Positions 19,589-29,986 of a stretch of 64,000 nt of DNA are shown here, one piece after another (within the stretch, counting starts at the first letter, position 1; each line of letters opens with the position of its first letter). This DNA comes from a virus (Duplodnaviria; Caudoviricetes), in the IMG/VR virus record IMGVR_UViG_3300020049_016424, positions 118,834 to 182,833 of that record, one strand, 5' to 3'. A program made the translations under genes and the position numbers. The notes beneath the pieces were generated by a model. The model searched no databases. It was not told the DNA's origin and saw only the letters and a list, made by a program, of their open reading frames with translations.

Positions 19589-20518
19589 ATGCCGTCCGTC
19601 CTCAACTACAAGACCGAAACCGAGAAGGTCTCGGCGCAGCAGCTCAACGCCAACTGGGTCCGCAAGATCGACGCGGGACAGACCAAGGAGGCCGCGGAAG
19701 CGGGCTCTGCGTTCATCCGCACCGAGCTCCGCCAGGAGGCCTCGGTCCGCGAGATCATCACGCCGGTCACGCTGGCGGACGACGAGCTCGATCGTCGCGA
19801 CGACACCGACCAGCCGGTCAAGATCGTCGAGAAGGAGCCGAACTCGTCGGCTGTCATCGTGCCGTTCTACGGCACGGCCGACCGCGGCATCATCCGCGGC
19901 CCGCGCTACACGGTGTACTTCGGCAAGGTCGAAAGCACCCGCTGGCGCAAGAGCAAGTTCGAGCTGATGACGCAGCAGAACGACATCCGCAAGATCCTCT
20001 CCGACAACGCCGTGAAGGACATGGCGAAGCAGGAGGACACGAAGTTCGTCAGCACCCTCGACGCCATCTTGGCGGCTGCCCCGACTCAGGTCGTCGGCGC
20101 CCCGGCCTGGAACGCGACTGCGTTCAAGCAGGGCCTGCAGAACATGGTCAACCGCAAGGTTCCCATCGGCAAGATGTACATGACGGACGCGTGCTACCTC
20201 AACGCGCTCGACCTTCCGTACGTCGCGATCGGCCAGGCCGCGTCGCGTCAGTACGACGAGGGCCTCTCGAAGGAGAAGCAGCTCTGGGGCTACCCGGTCG
20301 TCTCGACGATCCACAACGACATCGTCACCGGCCACGCGGGATCGACCGATTCGGTCTACATCTTCGCCCCGGAGACCTGGCTCGGGAACTTCTTCCTGCT
20401 CCAGGACGCGACGCTCTACATCGAGCAGAAGGCCGAGATCATCCAGTTCCACGCCTACGAGGCGCTCGGAATCGGCATCGGCAACACCCGTGGCGTGACC
20501 CGCCTCGACATCGCGTGA
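19589..20518 (+). CDS. Major capsid protein (HK97-like)
   Basis: 309 aa with very strong codon bias. FIRTELRQEASVREIITP and a C-terminal YEALGIGIGNTRGVTRLDI. Located after protease, scaffold and decoration genes. Confidence 0.8.
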   Translation: MPSVLNYKTETEKVSAQQLNANWVRKIDAGQTKEAAEAGSAFIRTELRQEASVREIITPVTLADDELDRRDDTDQPVKIVEKEPNSSAVIVPFYGTADRGIIRGPRYTVYFGKVESTRWRKSKFELMTQQNDIRKILSDNAVKDMAKQEDTKFVSTLDAILAAAPTQVVGAPAWNATAFKQGLQNMVNRKVPIGKMYMTDACYLNALDLPYVAIGQAASRQYDEGLSKEKQLWGYPVVSTIHNDIVTGHAGSTDSVYIFAPETWLGNFFLLQDATLYIEQKAEIIQFHAYEALGIGIGNTRGVTRLDIA

Positions 20519-20523
20519 GCCTG

Positions 20524-21000
20524 ATGTACTGGCTTCGCAACACCACTCCGGGGGTCCTCATGTACCCCCACCTTCGGGACTCCAGCAATGGAGTGCTCTC
20601 GCTGGGCCCTGCAGGTACCCACCTGCAGTGGGTGTGTGTCGCGGAGTCGGTACTCCGGGATGCGCACCTTCGGCAGCACCTCGAGCATCGCTCGGTGGTC
20701 CCCGACGCGGCCTACGATGCCGAGCGTTCCGAGCGCGATCCCGTAGCAGTGCGAACCGCTTACGAGGCCGTGTTCGGCGCCATCAGCAACGGCCAGCCGC
20801 CCGCAGCCCCGGTCGTCGAGCCGCCTGCGCTGCCCAAGGAACCGGAACCCGTGCCGGAACCCGAAGCCCCTGCACCCGCCACCGAGCCTGCTGTCTCGGA
20901 GGCGCCGTCTCCCGTCGCTGAGGAAGCGCCGGTCGCGAGTGAAGAGGCCCCTGTGTCCGAACCGGAACCCGCAGCCCCGACGACGCGCAAGAAGCGCTGA
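20524..21000 (+). CDS. Post-capsid protein with a Pro/Glu-rich tail ending RKKR
   Basis: ATG 20524 follows the MCP stop and the gene is followed by a terminator. Confidence 0.65.
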   Translation: MYWLRNTTPGVLMYPHLRDSSNGVLSLGPAGTHLQWVCVAESVLRDAHLRQHLEHRSVVPDAAYDAERSERDPVAVRTAYEAVFGAISNGQPPAAPVVEPPALPKEPEPVPEPEAPAPATEPAVSEAPSPVAEEAPVASEEAPVSEPEPAAPTTRKKR

Positions 21001-21022
21001 CCTCGAGCTCCCGCCACGAACG

Positions 21023-21052
21023 CAGCCCCTGCCCACCAGCAGGGGCTGTTTT
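21023..21052 (+). terminator. Intrinsic terminator of the capsid operon
   Basis: cagcccctgc-ccacca-gcaggggctg-tttt. Confidence 0.85.
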
Positions 21053-21080
21053 CGTTCCCCCAGCAGAGTATGCTGCGGGC

Positions 21081-21656
21081 ATGTCGCAGCGCGTCTCGTG
21101 GCTCAAGCCCTTGGGCCCCAACATCATCGCGTTCCGCCTGCAGGTGGGCGACGACGGCCCCACGGGCCCGTTCCAGGAGCTCCTGACCGTTCTGAACGTG
21201 CCGACGAGCCCGCAGTGGGTCGCTGCAGAGAACGTGTTCGCGTACGACGACATCGATGCGCCCTTACGCCTCTACCGGCTGCTTTCGGTCGATACCTACG
21301 GCAACGCGTACCAAGACCCGGAGCTCGAGCCCTTTGGCCCGAACCTGCCCCCCGTCACGCCTCCGGGGCAGAACATCGTCCAGCTCGACCAAGACACGGG
21401 CGGCACGGACTCACTCCGGTACGTGAAGCCGAATGGCGAGCCGATCTCAGGCGCGGACGTGCGCGTCTACACGAAGCAGAACTACGACAAGAAGCTGTAT
21501 TCGCAGGTGCTCGGACTCACCGTCACGAACGCAGACGGGCGCTGGACGACGCCGCTACTCCTTCCGACCGGAAACACCTACGTCGTACGGTTCTACATGG
21601 CCCCTGTCGAAGAAGTTCCCGGCTGGGGGCCCGACATCGCCGAAGTCGTTCTCTGA
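21081..21656 (+). CDS. Virion protein, beta-sandwich-like
   Basis: GADVRVY...TVTNADGRW...GNTYVVRF; leaderless TATGCT-N6-ATG. Confidence 0.6.
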   Translation: MSQRVSWLKPLGPNIIAFRLQVGDDGPTGPFQELLTVLNVPTSPQWVAAENVFAYDDIDAPLRLYRLLSVDTYGNAYQDPELEPFGPNLPPVTPPGQNIVQLDQDTGGTDSLRYVKPNGEPISGADVRVYTKQNYDKKLYSQVLGLTVTNADGRWTTPLLLPTGNTYVVRFYMAPVEEVPGWGPDIAEVVL

Positions 21657-21734
21657 GATCGTACGGTTTACAGCACGCAGCCCTCCGCGTAGACTGCGTG
21701 TGATTCCCCTCTCTCCTCCCAGGAGTCTCGACCC

Positions 21735-22208
21735 ATGCAGAGCATCACGGCCTACAACATCCGCGCCACCCCGACCGCCGTGCTGGGCCTCGGCGTGGTC
21801 AACGCAGGCTCGTCCAAGGCTGGCCTCATCCCGGCCGCCATCTTCGACATCGACGCTCTCGCGTATCGCGATCGCGCGGCGCGCATCGGCATCGTGATCC
21901 TCGACGCCAGCGGCGTCGGTGCTCCGACGGGCTACAACTCGGTCACCGGCGTCGAAGCGCTCACCGCGAGCGACCGCGCGGTCGTCGCATCGACCTCGGG
22001 CGCCGACTACGCGCTCACGCTCATGGCAGCGAGCGCGGTCCCGGCGGGGACGATCGTGTACTTCTACTTCGCGTCCGGCGCGAACACGGTCACGATCACG
22101 CGCGCGGGCGCGGACACCATCGACGGCGGCACCACGCTCGCGCTCGCCACCGGCACTCCCGTGCGGCGCCTGCAGAGCAACGGCCTCACCGCCTGGGTCT
22201 CGGTCTGA
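21735..22208 (+). CDS. Virion fiber/decoration-like protein
   Basis: C-terminal GANTVTITRAGADTIDG...LQSNG..W module typical of fiber/baseplate proteins; AGGAG RBS. Confidence 0.6.
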   Translation: MQSITAYNIRATPTAVLGLGVVNAGSSKAGLIPAAIFDIDALAYRDRAARIGIVILDASGVGAPTGYNSVTGVEALTASDRAVVASTSGADYALTLMAASAVPAGTIVYFYFASGANTVTITRAGADTIDGGTTLALATGTPVRRLQSNGLTAWVSV

Positions 22209-22248
22209 GCCACGCGCCCGTCTTCGTCCTCGAGCGCTAGGAGCCTTC

Positions 22249-22728
22249 GTGCCCGTCGTCGGAACACCCGCAGTCCCGTCTGCAGTCACCGTCGATCAGG
22301 TACGGAGGTTCATGCGCGACTACCCGAACCGCAACATCCTGCTCGACGACGTCGAGTTCACCCAGGAAGACGTGGAACAGGCGGTCATTTTCGTCACGAG
22401 CGCCTACAACGCGATGACGCCGATCTCGAGCATCGACCCCGAGGGCTGGCCTGCGTACCTGCGGTACCTACAGCTTCTCGGCATCGCGTGGTACCTCATC
22501 AAGAGCGCCACGTTCCTACAGCTGCGCAACCAGGCGACCTACCAGGACGGGGACATCGCGCCTGTCGGCGTCGATGACAAGTTCAGCCAGTACATGAACC
22601 TGTGGCAAGCGCTCAAGGCCGAATGGGACGAAGCGGTGAAGGCCGCCAAGATCCAGATGAACCTTGAGAGTGGCTATGGATCTCTCGCATCGGGATACCG
22701 CAATGTCGCTCGATACCGATATTACTAG
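22249..22728 (+). CDS. Head-tail adaptor/neck protein
   Basis: GTG after TAGGAG. VRRFMRDYP..N.LLDDVEF...LRNQATYQDG; synteny. Confidence 0.6.
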   Translation: MPVVGTPAVPSAVTVDQVRRFMRDYPNRNILLDDVEFTQEDVEQAVIFVTSAYNAMTPISSIDPEGWPAYLRYLQLLGIAWYLIKSATFLQLRNQATYQDGDIAPVGVDDKFSQYMNLWQALKAEWDEAVKAAKIQMNLESGYGSLASGYRNVARYRYY

Positions 22729-23182
22729 GACGGTACCCGAGTACACCGGCATCACCGAGCTCGGCTCGGACAATGCATTCCGGGGGCTGCCCGGCGGCCA
22801 GGCACGCCGGGTCAGCGCGATCGACCAGGCCTTCGCGAGCAACGAAGCCATTGACCCAGGCTCATCCATGCCGGAGTCTTCAAACGTGAACATCGAAAAG
22901 CGCGCTGCACGCTCTCCCGCACATCGCGCAGGTGCCGCCGCTGCGCGCGCACGCTTCGGTGTCAAACTCGCAGCCGGCATCGGGGGCATCAGCAGCCCTG
23001 TCGCGCCGACGACCTCGACCACGACCTACAAGGCCCCCAAGCCCGTGCAGTCCGTCGACCCTCGCACGGACAAGCCGCCTGGCCAGAGTCTCACGCAGGG
23101 CGTGCAGACCATGAGCTACGGCGCGGACGTGGGCGACTCCTACACCTCCTTCAGCCGCCGACTCCAAGGAAGCCCCGTATGA
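22703..23182 (+). CDS. Internal head protein candidate
   Basis: EKRAA and GAAAARARFGVKLA motif. Confidence 0.55.
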   Translation: MSLDTDITRTVPEYTGITELGSDNAFRGLPGGQARRVSAIDQAFASNEAIDPGSSMPESSNVNIEKRAARSPAHRAGAAAARARFGVKLAAGIGGISSPVAPTTSTTTYKAPKPVQSVDPRTDKPPGQSLTQGVQTMSYGADVGDSYTSFSRRLQGSPV

Positions 23183-23559
23183 CCTCGATGTACAAGCAGG
23201 CAGGCATGGACGCCGCCCTCGACCTCTACGGCCTCTCCGAGCAGGAGAAGGCCGCCTTCGTGCAGGCGCTTCCGGCGCTCGCGACCGCCGCTCGAGCGGG
23301 CTACACCGCGGTCAAGGCCTCTCCGGCGCTCGCCACGGCGGGCCGCGCGCTCGGCATCGCAGGGCGACAGGGCGTGAAGGCGCTCGGCGCAGGTGCACAG
23401 GCGATGAAGCCTGGGCTGCAGCAAGCGGGGCAAGCACTGAAGCCCGCGATGGGCGCCATGAAGGGCTTCGGACAGAAGGCGATCGGCGCGCTCAACTCGC
23501 CCATGGGCCAAGCTGCGGGAACCGCGGCCATGATCGCTCCCGCACTCACCGGCGCCTGA
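23179..23559 (+). CDS. Amphipathic Gly/Ala-rich internal protein candidate
   Basis: YKQAGMDAALDLYGLSEQEKAAF followed by amphipathic repeats. Confidence 0.65.
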   Translation: MTSMYKQAGMDAALDLYGLSEQEKAAFVQALPALATAARAGYTAVKASPALATAGRALGIAGRQGVKALGAGAQAMKPGLQQAGQALKPAMGAMKGFGQKAIGALNSPMGQAAGTAAMIAPALTGA

Positions 23560-23571
23560 GGAGGACTGTTG

Positions 23572-24468
23572 ATGACCACGGCACGCCAACAGGGACAGCA
23601 CGCAGCGCTCTACGCGCTGAAACTCGCGAACACCGCGGAAGACGTCTTCGGTGCTGCGTGGAACGCGGCGAAGTCGCGCCGTAGCGCCGTGCCGAACGCG
23701 GCCGCGGCGGGGCCGAAGATGCCGTGGCAGAGCCGTGTGGCCCCGGGTCTCGCAGCCGCGAAGGAGATGGCGCCTGCCGTGCTCGGACTCGGCGCAACGG
23801 GCGCGATTCTGACCAACCTCGCGCGCAATCCGAAGGACAAGGACGCTCCCAGCCCCTTGCGCGGGGCAGGCCTCGGCGCAGGGCTAGGCGGCTATCTTAC
23901 GATGCCCGCGGGCCTGGGCGCGTATATCCGCGAAAACAAGTATCGGAACACCCTGCACCAGGCGCAGACTCAACCTTTCGATACGCCCGGGATGAAGAAG
24001 GATTTCCGCACCTGGCTCGACGAAACTGGCAACGCCCAACCCGACAAGAACCTTCACGACATCCTGTCGCAGGATGGTCCGCTCTCCGCACAGGAACAGC
24101 GGCTCTACAACGCAGGCGTGCGGTTCCACCAGGCCGGTGGGGCGTCTCGAGGGGCTACGACCTCCCCGGAAGCGCAGCAGGCTGCTGCGTTCGTCGAAGA
24201 GCTCAAGACGCGCACGGGCAAAGACGGGCGCCGTCTCGCTGCGATCTTGCACCCAGACCAGCTACGCACGACTGCGGCCCCGCGCGAAGTGCTCGAAGAA
24301 GCGTATCGACAGCTCACCGCCCGCGGCCCTGCGCTCACCGCGGCGAGCTCCGACCCGATCGTCGATCAAATCGGGAAAATCATGGCTTCGCGCCGCGCGC
24401 TGATTCCCGATGCCCTGAAACAGTGGCGGCCGCTTTCGCCGGACACTCTGCGTAAGATCGTTGGATGA
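23572..24468 (+). CDS. Glycine-zipper internal protein candidate
   Basis: GQHAALYALKLA and GAGLGAGLGG; GAGGAG RBS. Confidence 0.65.
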   Translation: MTTARQQGQHAALYALKLANTAEDVFGAAWNAAKSRRSAVPNAAAAGPKMPWQSRVAPGLAAAKEMAPAVLGLGATGAILTNLARNPKDKDAPSPLRGAGLGAGLGGYLTMPAGLGAYIRENKYRNTLHQAQTQPFDTPGMKKDFRTWLDETGNAQPDKNLHDILSQDGPLSAQEQRLYNAGVRFHQAGGASRGATTSPEAQQAAAFVEELKTRTGKDGRRLAAILHPDQLRTTAAPREVLEEAYRQLTARGPALTAASSDPIVDQIGKIMASRRALIPDALKQWRPLSPDTLRKIVG

Positions 24469-25352
24469 TGTCCCCGCGGTCCTATCCTGTGACGCGAGGC
24501 ACCCCTGCTGTTCCGGGGCGCACACAGACGCGTGATACGGACCCTGTCGAAGACGCACGCAGCGCCTTCTTTGAGAACACGCGCATGCTCGAAGTCATCG
24601 ACAACCCCGAACCCACCTACGAGAACTCCCCGAGCAAGATCTCAGGCTGTCTCGAGGCCCTGCGCGCGTTCGGCTTTCGGGGGCAGCTCAAGTCCGCAGC
24701 GCGCAAGCTCCACGGCCGGGTGACGTTCCGCGGCCTTGAAATCTCGATCGAGAACCGCAAGGGGTCGAAGCGGCACTGGTACGACCCTCACGCGGACAAG
24801 CACGGCACGACTACGATGCTCTACCCCTACGGATACATCCGTAAGACGGTGGGCATGGATGGAGATCACGTCGATGTCTTTGTGGGACCGAACGAAAGTG
24901 CAACTCACGTCTACGTCGTCCTCACGAACAAAGCTCCCGAGTTCGACAAGGCCGATGAAGAAAAGTGCTTCCTCGGCTTCGACAGCGAAGCCGACGCGCG
25001 CAAGGCCTTCTCCGCGCACTACGACAACCCCAAGTTCTTCCGGTCGCTCCGGGCACTCACCTTCGAGAAGTTCAAGGAGAACGCCCTAGCCACGGGGGAG
25101 GGCGAACGGAAGAAAGTCGCGTTCACCGACGACGGGCTGCAGCCGACCATCGAAGGCTTCTCCGAGCCGACGCCTGTCACGGACGACACGAAGGACCGCG
25201 GGCTGCCGACGCCAGGTCTCACGCGCTGGATCATCGGAGAGCCGCTCGACAAGCAGGATCGCATCGATCGCAGTTTCAACGCGCTCGAGATCCCACAAGG
25301 TAACGCGAGCACGCCTGAGCCCTCCACCGAGGCCGGCAACCTCGGACCCTGA
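24465..25352 (+). CDS. Protein with an inorganic-pyrophosphatase-like (InPase) domain
   Basis: GLEISIENRKGS.R...MLYPYGYIRKTVGMDGDHVDVFVGP...DEEKCFLGF matches the InPase domain of phage/plasmid polyvalent proteins. Confidence 0.75.
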   Translation: MMSPRSYPVTRGTPAVPGRTQTRDTDPVEDARSAFFENTRMLEVIDNPEPTYENSPSKISGCLEALRAFGFRGQLKSAARKLHGRVTFRGLEISIENRKGSKRHWYDPHADKHGTTTMLYPYGYIRKTVGMDGDHVDVFVGPNESATHVYVVLTNKAPEFDKADEEKCFLGFDSEADARKAFSAHYDNPKFFRSLRALTFEKFKENALATGEGERKKVAFTDDGLQPTIEGFSEPTPVTDDTKDRGLPTPGLTRWIIGEPLDKQDRIDRSFNALEIPQGNASTPEPSTEAGNLGP

Positions 25353-25390
25353 ACTTCTTCCCTCGAGAAAAAGAGTGGTAGGGTAGAGAC

Positions 25391-26218
25391 ATGCCTGCGC
25401 CGTCGCTCACCATTACCCGCACCACGCCCATCTACCACACGCTCTCGGTGGGCGGGGTGTTCGTGCAGTGGCACGTGAACGACCCGGAGACCGACTACAC
25501 ATTCCGCGTCGAGCGCTCGGAGAGCTACGAAGGTCCCTTCGAAATCCTCGTGTCCGCTACCACGGACTTCCACGCATTCGACCCCCATGAGATCTCGTCG
25601 ACGCTCGAGGAAGAAGCTCGCAACTTCTTGTCCCTGCAGCGCAAGAACTACTACCGCGTGACAGCAACCGCGCCGGGCAAGGCTACGTTCTCCGACACCA
25701 AGATCCTTGGCGACGAGCTCGCGCGGCGGCAGTGGCTCTTGAAGCGCAAGATCCTTCGGGACATCACGATCGGCTTCAAGTTCAACAGCATCCCCTTCGC
25801 CATCTTGAAGCGGAAGCATGCAGGAACGCGCTGCACGGCGTGCTTCGACCCGATCAGCAAGTCCATCCTGGATAGCCGCTGCAAGACCTGCCTCGGCACG
25901 GGCTACATCACCGGCTACTACGCGCCGGTCTACGTCTCTGCCCGCAAGGGTGTGACCAACGTCACGACCACGCTCGCGCCGCAGGGAAAAACCGAAGTGA
26001 ACCAGGTGGAGCTCACGGTCCTCGACTACCCCGCGGTCGAAGTCGACGACATCATCGTCGAGGTCCGGCAGGGACGCCGATACCTGGTCAAGCACGTCGC
26101 GCGCACCGAGCTCCGCGGCGTCCCCGTTCATCAGCGTCTCGTCATGAGCGAGCTTGCGCGGGACAGCGTCGAGTACAAGATCGTGCTCCAACCGCGAACC
26201 TCCCCGGCGCTCTACTGA
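25391..26218 (+). CDS. Neck/head-closure protein with Zn finger
   Basis: RCTACFDP...RCKTCLGTGYITGY; synteny before the tail genes. Confidence 0.6.
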   Translation: MPAPSLTITRTTPIYHTLSVGGVFVQWHVNDPETDYTFRVERSESYEGPFEILVSATTDFHAFDPHEISSTLEEEARNFLSLQRKNYYRVTATAPGKATFSDTKILGDELARRQWLLKRKILRDITIGFKFNSIPFAILKRKHAGTRCTACFDPISKSILDSRCKTCLGTGYITGYYAPVYVSARKGVTNVTTTLAPQGKTEVNQVELTVLDYPAVEVDDIIVEVRQGRRYLVKHVARTELRGVPVHQRLVMSELARDSVEYKIVLQPRTSPALY

Positions 26219-26236
26219 CCGTGCTAGCCTGCTCCC

Positions 26237-27244
26237 GTGCCCGCGTATCCGCCCACACGCCCGCACGGGCCGCAGAACCCGACGAGAATCGCAGCTGCGT
26301 CGCCACTCGCGGTGACAGGCATTCTGCTCGAGACCCTGCGAGAGCGGTTCCGTCAGGACCAGAACCTGCTGTGGTTCTGGGATCCGGACCCTTCCGTCGG
26401 CACGATCCTCATCGAAACGTCGTACAACGACGCCGTCGAGCAGCGCAACGCGAGCATCGCCATCTACGTCACCCGGCTCAACACGACGCCGCAGCAGCTC
26501 CTCGTCGGCGACCGCACCGATGTGAATCTCCCGGACCACAAGGAGTTCTTCACAGGGCTGATGACCTCGAGCTACAGCGTCGACTGCGTCGCCAACGACC
26601 AGGGTGCGAGCGTGCAGCTCGCTGACATCGTGCAGCACTTCTTCATCGCCAGCCGTCAGATCTTGACGGGGATGTTCGGGCTGCAGAACATGACGCACGC
26701 GTCGATGGGGCAGTCCGCGCCGTTCGAGCAGGAGCAGGGCAAGTTCAGCACGCCCGTGTCCTTCGAGGTCAGCTACCACACGCAGTGGTCGACCGTAAAG
26801 ATCCGGCCCCTGCTGCAGAGCGTGGGGGTTCGCGTCATCGACAGCCGCACGGGAATGGACGCGGCAGAGGCCTTCGCTGACAGCGCCGCACAGTCCTACG
26901 GCCGGACCTGGCCGATCGACCCGCCCGAACCGCTGTCCGGACCCTACTCGAGCGCTCCGTATGTGCCGCCCCCTGAAGCGCCTGTTCCCGGAGCTGTCAC
27001 GTTCCCGGCGAGCGCTTTTTTCCTGCCGAATCAGCGACTTTTAGGCGTGCGCGACACCGTCAACCGCGTCTTCTCCACGCAGATTCCCTTCATCCATACC
27101 GACACGATCTCAGAAATCGTGTATCGTAACGGCATCCGGGTAGACCCCTCGGCCTACACGGTCACCTCTCCGCAGACGGTCGAGTTCGCCATTCCACCCG
27201 AACCCGACGATCTGCTCCTTCTCGATGGCTACGTGGCCCGCTGA
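26237..27244 (+). CDS. Tail completion/terminator-like protein
   Basis: Immediately upstream of the sheath; leaderless TAGCCT-N6-GTG. Confidence 0.55.
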   Translation: MPAYPPTRPHGPQNPTRIAAASPLAVTGILLETLRERFRQDQNLLWFWDPDPSVGTILIETSYNDAVEQRNASIAIYVTRLNTTPQQLLVGDRTDVNLPDHKEFFTGLMTSSYSVDCVANDQGASVQLADIVQHFFIASRQILTGMFGLQNMTHASMGQSAPFEQEQGKFSTPVSFEVSYHTQWSTVKIRPLLQSVGVRVIDSRTGMDAAEAFADSAAQSYGRTWPIDPPEPLSGPYSSAPYVPPPEAPVPGAVTFPASAFFLPNQRLLGVRDTVNRVFSTQIPFIHTDTISEIVYRNGIRVDPSAYTVTSPQTVEFAIPPEPDDLLLLDGYVAR

Positions 27245-27268
27245 GCGCCCCACTTCGGAGACCGAACG

Positions 27269-29986
27269 ATGACCCGACCGATTACTGTCGTCTTCCAAGA
27301 GCAGGCTCAGCTGACCCCCACGGTCAGCGACCCCGATCTTGATACCCTCGTCTTCGGCGCGGCGTACCAGATCCTCGACTACCTCGACGACAAGGAAGAC
27401 ATTCAGGTTGCCGACTACGGCACCCTCAATGCCGACAACCCCTACACGCCCCCGGTCGCCTCGACGCCGGCCATCGTGCTCGCGGCGCCTCCGGGCATCA
27501 CGGCGGGGGCTTGGGTCGCTCCGACCAGCATCGGCGTCATCTTCGACGATCTGCGCGCCATCCTCGTCAGCCGCACCGATGGCGCGGTCACGAACAACGA
27601 CAACCTGCTCACGTCGGCAGGCGCTACGTTCGTCACCACGGGCGTCGCTGCGGGCGACACGCTCATCATCGCGAATCCTCCGGGGCCTGCAACGCCGAAC
27701 CTCGTGCTCACCGTTCGCGAGGTGGTCAGCGAGACCACGCTCCGCGTGACCACGAACTTCCTCGCCACGGTCGGTTCGCTCGCATTCCGCGTCGAGCGCA
27801 CGGTCCAGGACACCACGATCGCCACGAGCTTCGTCGTTCCGCCGGTGTTCCGTGCGAGCAACGAGATCACGATCCTCGGCGGCGTCACCGTCACCATCGG
27901 CGGCATCCAGCGCGTCGTGTCCTACGCGAAGGTCTACGTGCAGTACCTGGCGTACCGCATGGACCTGCAGGAAGTCGACTCGGTCATCTCGGACGACGAG
28001 ATCCGCACGAAGGTCGGCAAGATCGACGCACGCAACCCGCTCGCGGCGCACCTCTGGGTCGCGCGCCAGAACGCGGGCAGCGCCCCGATCTACTTCTACG
28101 GACTCTCCTCGAACGACCTCGCCGGTTACACCGACGCGAAGGATGTCATCTCGAGCAATAAGCGCGTCTACGCAGAGATCGTCACGATCCCGGACGTCGC
28201 TGTCGTCGCCATGCTCAAGACGGACAACGTCACGCTCGCCGACCCGGTCACGGCGCTCGCCGACGGGATCCCGCAGAAGTTCCGCGCTGTCATCGGTTCG
28301 GAAGAGCTGCCAGTCACCACGCTCCTCGTCGACGAGACGGTCACGGGCACGACCGAGCAGCGCTCGGGCGCTATCCCGCCCGGCGTGCGCACCATCACGC
28401 TCGGCGCAGGCGTCAACCTGCTCACGTCGAACGTGCGCCCGGGTGACCAGCTCATCCTCACCGCGAGCGAGGGCGTCCTCGACGGCACCTACACGATCGC
28501 GCACATCAACTCGGCGTCCGTCCTCGAGACCGACACGGCGTTCCCCGCCACGGTCGGCGCTGCGGAAGGCGCGAACATCCGCGTCTACCGCCCGTCGCTC
28601 GGCACGAACCCCATCGCCGAGATCGAAGCTCGCGCGTCGTACACCACGGCCGCGGTCACCTACCGGTCGCGCGTCGCGGGCATCACCCCCGGCGCTCGCA
28701 CCATCGCACTCGTGCAGAGCGGCTCGACCCCGAACGGCATCCATTCGGTCATCGAGGTCGCAGGCGTTTCGACGGTCATCAACGGCGACTTCGCTTCGGG
28801 CCTCGTCACCGCGACGGGCATCGTCAACGCGCTCACCACGGGCGCGGGCGTCACCACGCCGTTCGTCGGCTCGGTGAACCTCTCGGCCACCACGTCATCG
28901 GGCGCCACGGTGCAGGCAGCATTCGCTGCGACTGCGCTCAGCACGGGCACGCCGGGCCTCGACTCGATCACCAGCACGGCAGCCCTCGACGCGGTCTTCA
29001 TCCGCATCTTCGACTCGACCGCGACGTTCCTCACGGACGGCGTGCAGGCGGGCGACGTCATCGAGATCCCGAGCAACCCGAACGGCGTGTTCGGAAGCAC
29101 CTACAAGAGCTTCGTCGTGAACGAGGTTCTGTCGGAGCAGCGCATCGAGATCGCGAACATCGCGACGGGCGTGTACGTGAACAACACGGGCACGGTCGAG
29201 AACGAGCTCCCCCATCTCGACAATCGCCTCGGCACGGGCACGCTCGTGACGCAGGGCTCGATCCGCTACCGCGTCCAGCGCGTCCTGAACAAGGAGCGCC
29301 AGGTCGAGTACCTCCAGTCGATCTCGCAGAGCTTGCGCTCGCAGCGCGCCGTCATGGCATGGCCGGATCTCGTCGATGTCGCCGACCTCGTCGACGGCAG
29401 CCTCCCGCGCAACGCGGACGGCTCAGCGGCGCTCGCGGCTTCGCAGGCGGGCACGTACCTCGCGGCGGCCATCGGCGGTCTCTGCGCCGGACTGCCGAAC
29501 CATCAGGGCCTCTCTCGCATCAGCATCGCGGGCGTCCGGAAGCTCTACCACTCGAGCGGGTACTTCACCGAAGCGCAGCTCTCTGCGCTCTCGGATGCGG
29601 GCTGGTTCGTCTTCGTGCAAGACACGCCGGAGTCGCTGCCCTTCTGCATCCACCAGCTCACGACGGACCCCTCGTCGCTGCAGACCGGTGAGTTCTCGAT
29701 GGTGCGCAACTTCGACTTCCTCTCGAAGTTCTTCACCGCGATCCTCGACCCGTTCATCGGCGTCTGGAACGTGAACGAAGAGACCCTCGGCTTCATGCGC
29801 CAGGCGGTCAACTCGGGCATCGACCAGCTCAAGCTGCGCAAGGTGGCCCGCATCGGAGCTCCGCTCATCGACGCGCTCATCACCTCGCTCGACGTGAGCG
29901 ACGCCTCGCCCGCCCGTGTCGAGCTCTACATGACGGTCAACCGCCCGGTGCCGTTGAACGTCATCGGTCTGCACCTGGTGGGCTGA
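27269..29986 (+). CDS. Contractile tail sheath protein
   Basis: 905 aa, Thr/Val-rich. C-terminal sheath core HQLTTD...EFSMVRNFD...RPVPLNVIGLHLV. Confidence 0.8.
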   Translation: MTRPITVVFQEQAQLTPTVSDPDLDTLVFGAAYQILDYLDDKEDIQVADYGTLNADNPYTPPVASTPAIVLAAPPGITAGAWVAPTSIGVIFDDLRAILVSRTDGAVTNNDNLLTSAGATFVTTGVAAGDTLIIANPPGPATPNLVLTVREVVSETTLRVTTNFLATVGSLAFRVERTVQDTTIATSFVVPPVFRASNEITILGGVTVTIGGIQRVVSYAKVYVQYLAYRMDLQEVDSVISDDEIRTKVGKIDARNPLAAHLWVARQNAGSAPIYFYGLSSNDLAGYTDAKDVISSNKRVYAEIVTIPDVAVVAMLKTDNVTLADPVTALADGIPQKFRAVIGSEELPVTTLLVDETVTGTTEQRSGAIPPGVRTITLGAGVNLLTSNVRPGDQLILTASEGVLDGTYTIAHINSASVLETDTAFPATVGAAEGANIRVYRPSLGTNPIAEIEARASYTTAAVTYRSRVAGITPGARTIALVQSGSTPNGIHSVIEVAGVSTVINGDFASGLVTATGIVNALTTGAGVTTPFVGSVNLSATTSSGATVQAAFAATALSTGTPGLDSITSTAALDAVFIRIFDSTATFLTDGVQAGDVIEIPSNPNGVFGSTYKSFVVNEVLSEQRIEIANIATGVYVNNTGTVENELPHLDNRLGTGTLVTQGSIRYRVQRVLNKERQVEYLQSISQSLRSQRAVMAWPDLVDVADLVDGSLPRNADGSAALAASQAGTYLAAAIGGLCAGLPNHQGLSRISIAGVRKLYHSSGYFTEAQLSALSDAGWFVFVQDTPESLPFCIHQLTTDPSSLQTGEFSMVRNFDFLSKFFTAILDPFIGVWNVNEETLGFMRQAVNSGIDQLKLRKVARIGAPLIDALITSLDVSDASPARVELYMTVNRPVPLNVIGLHLVG

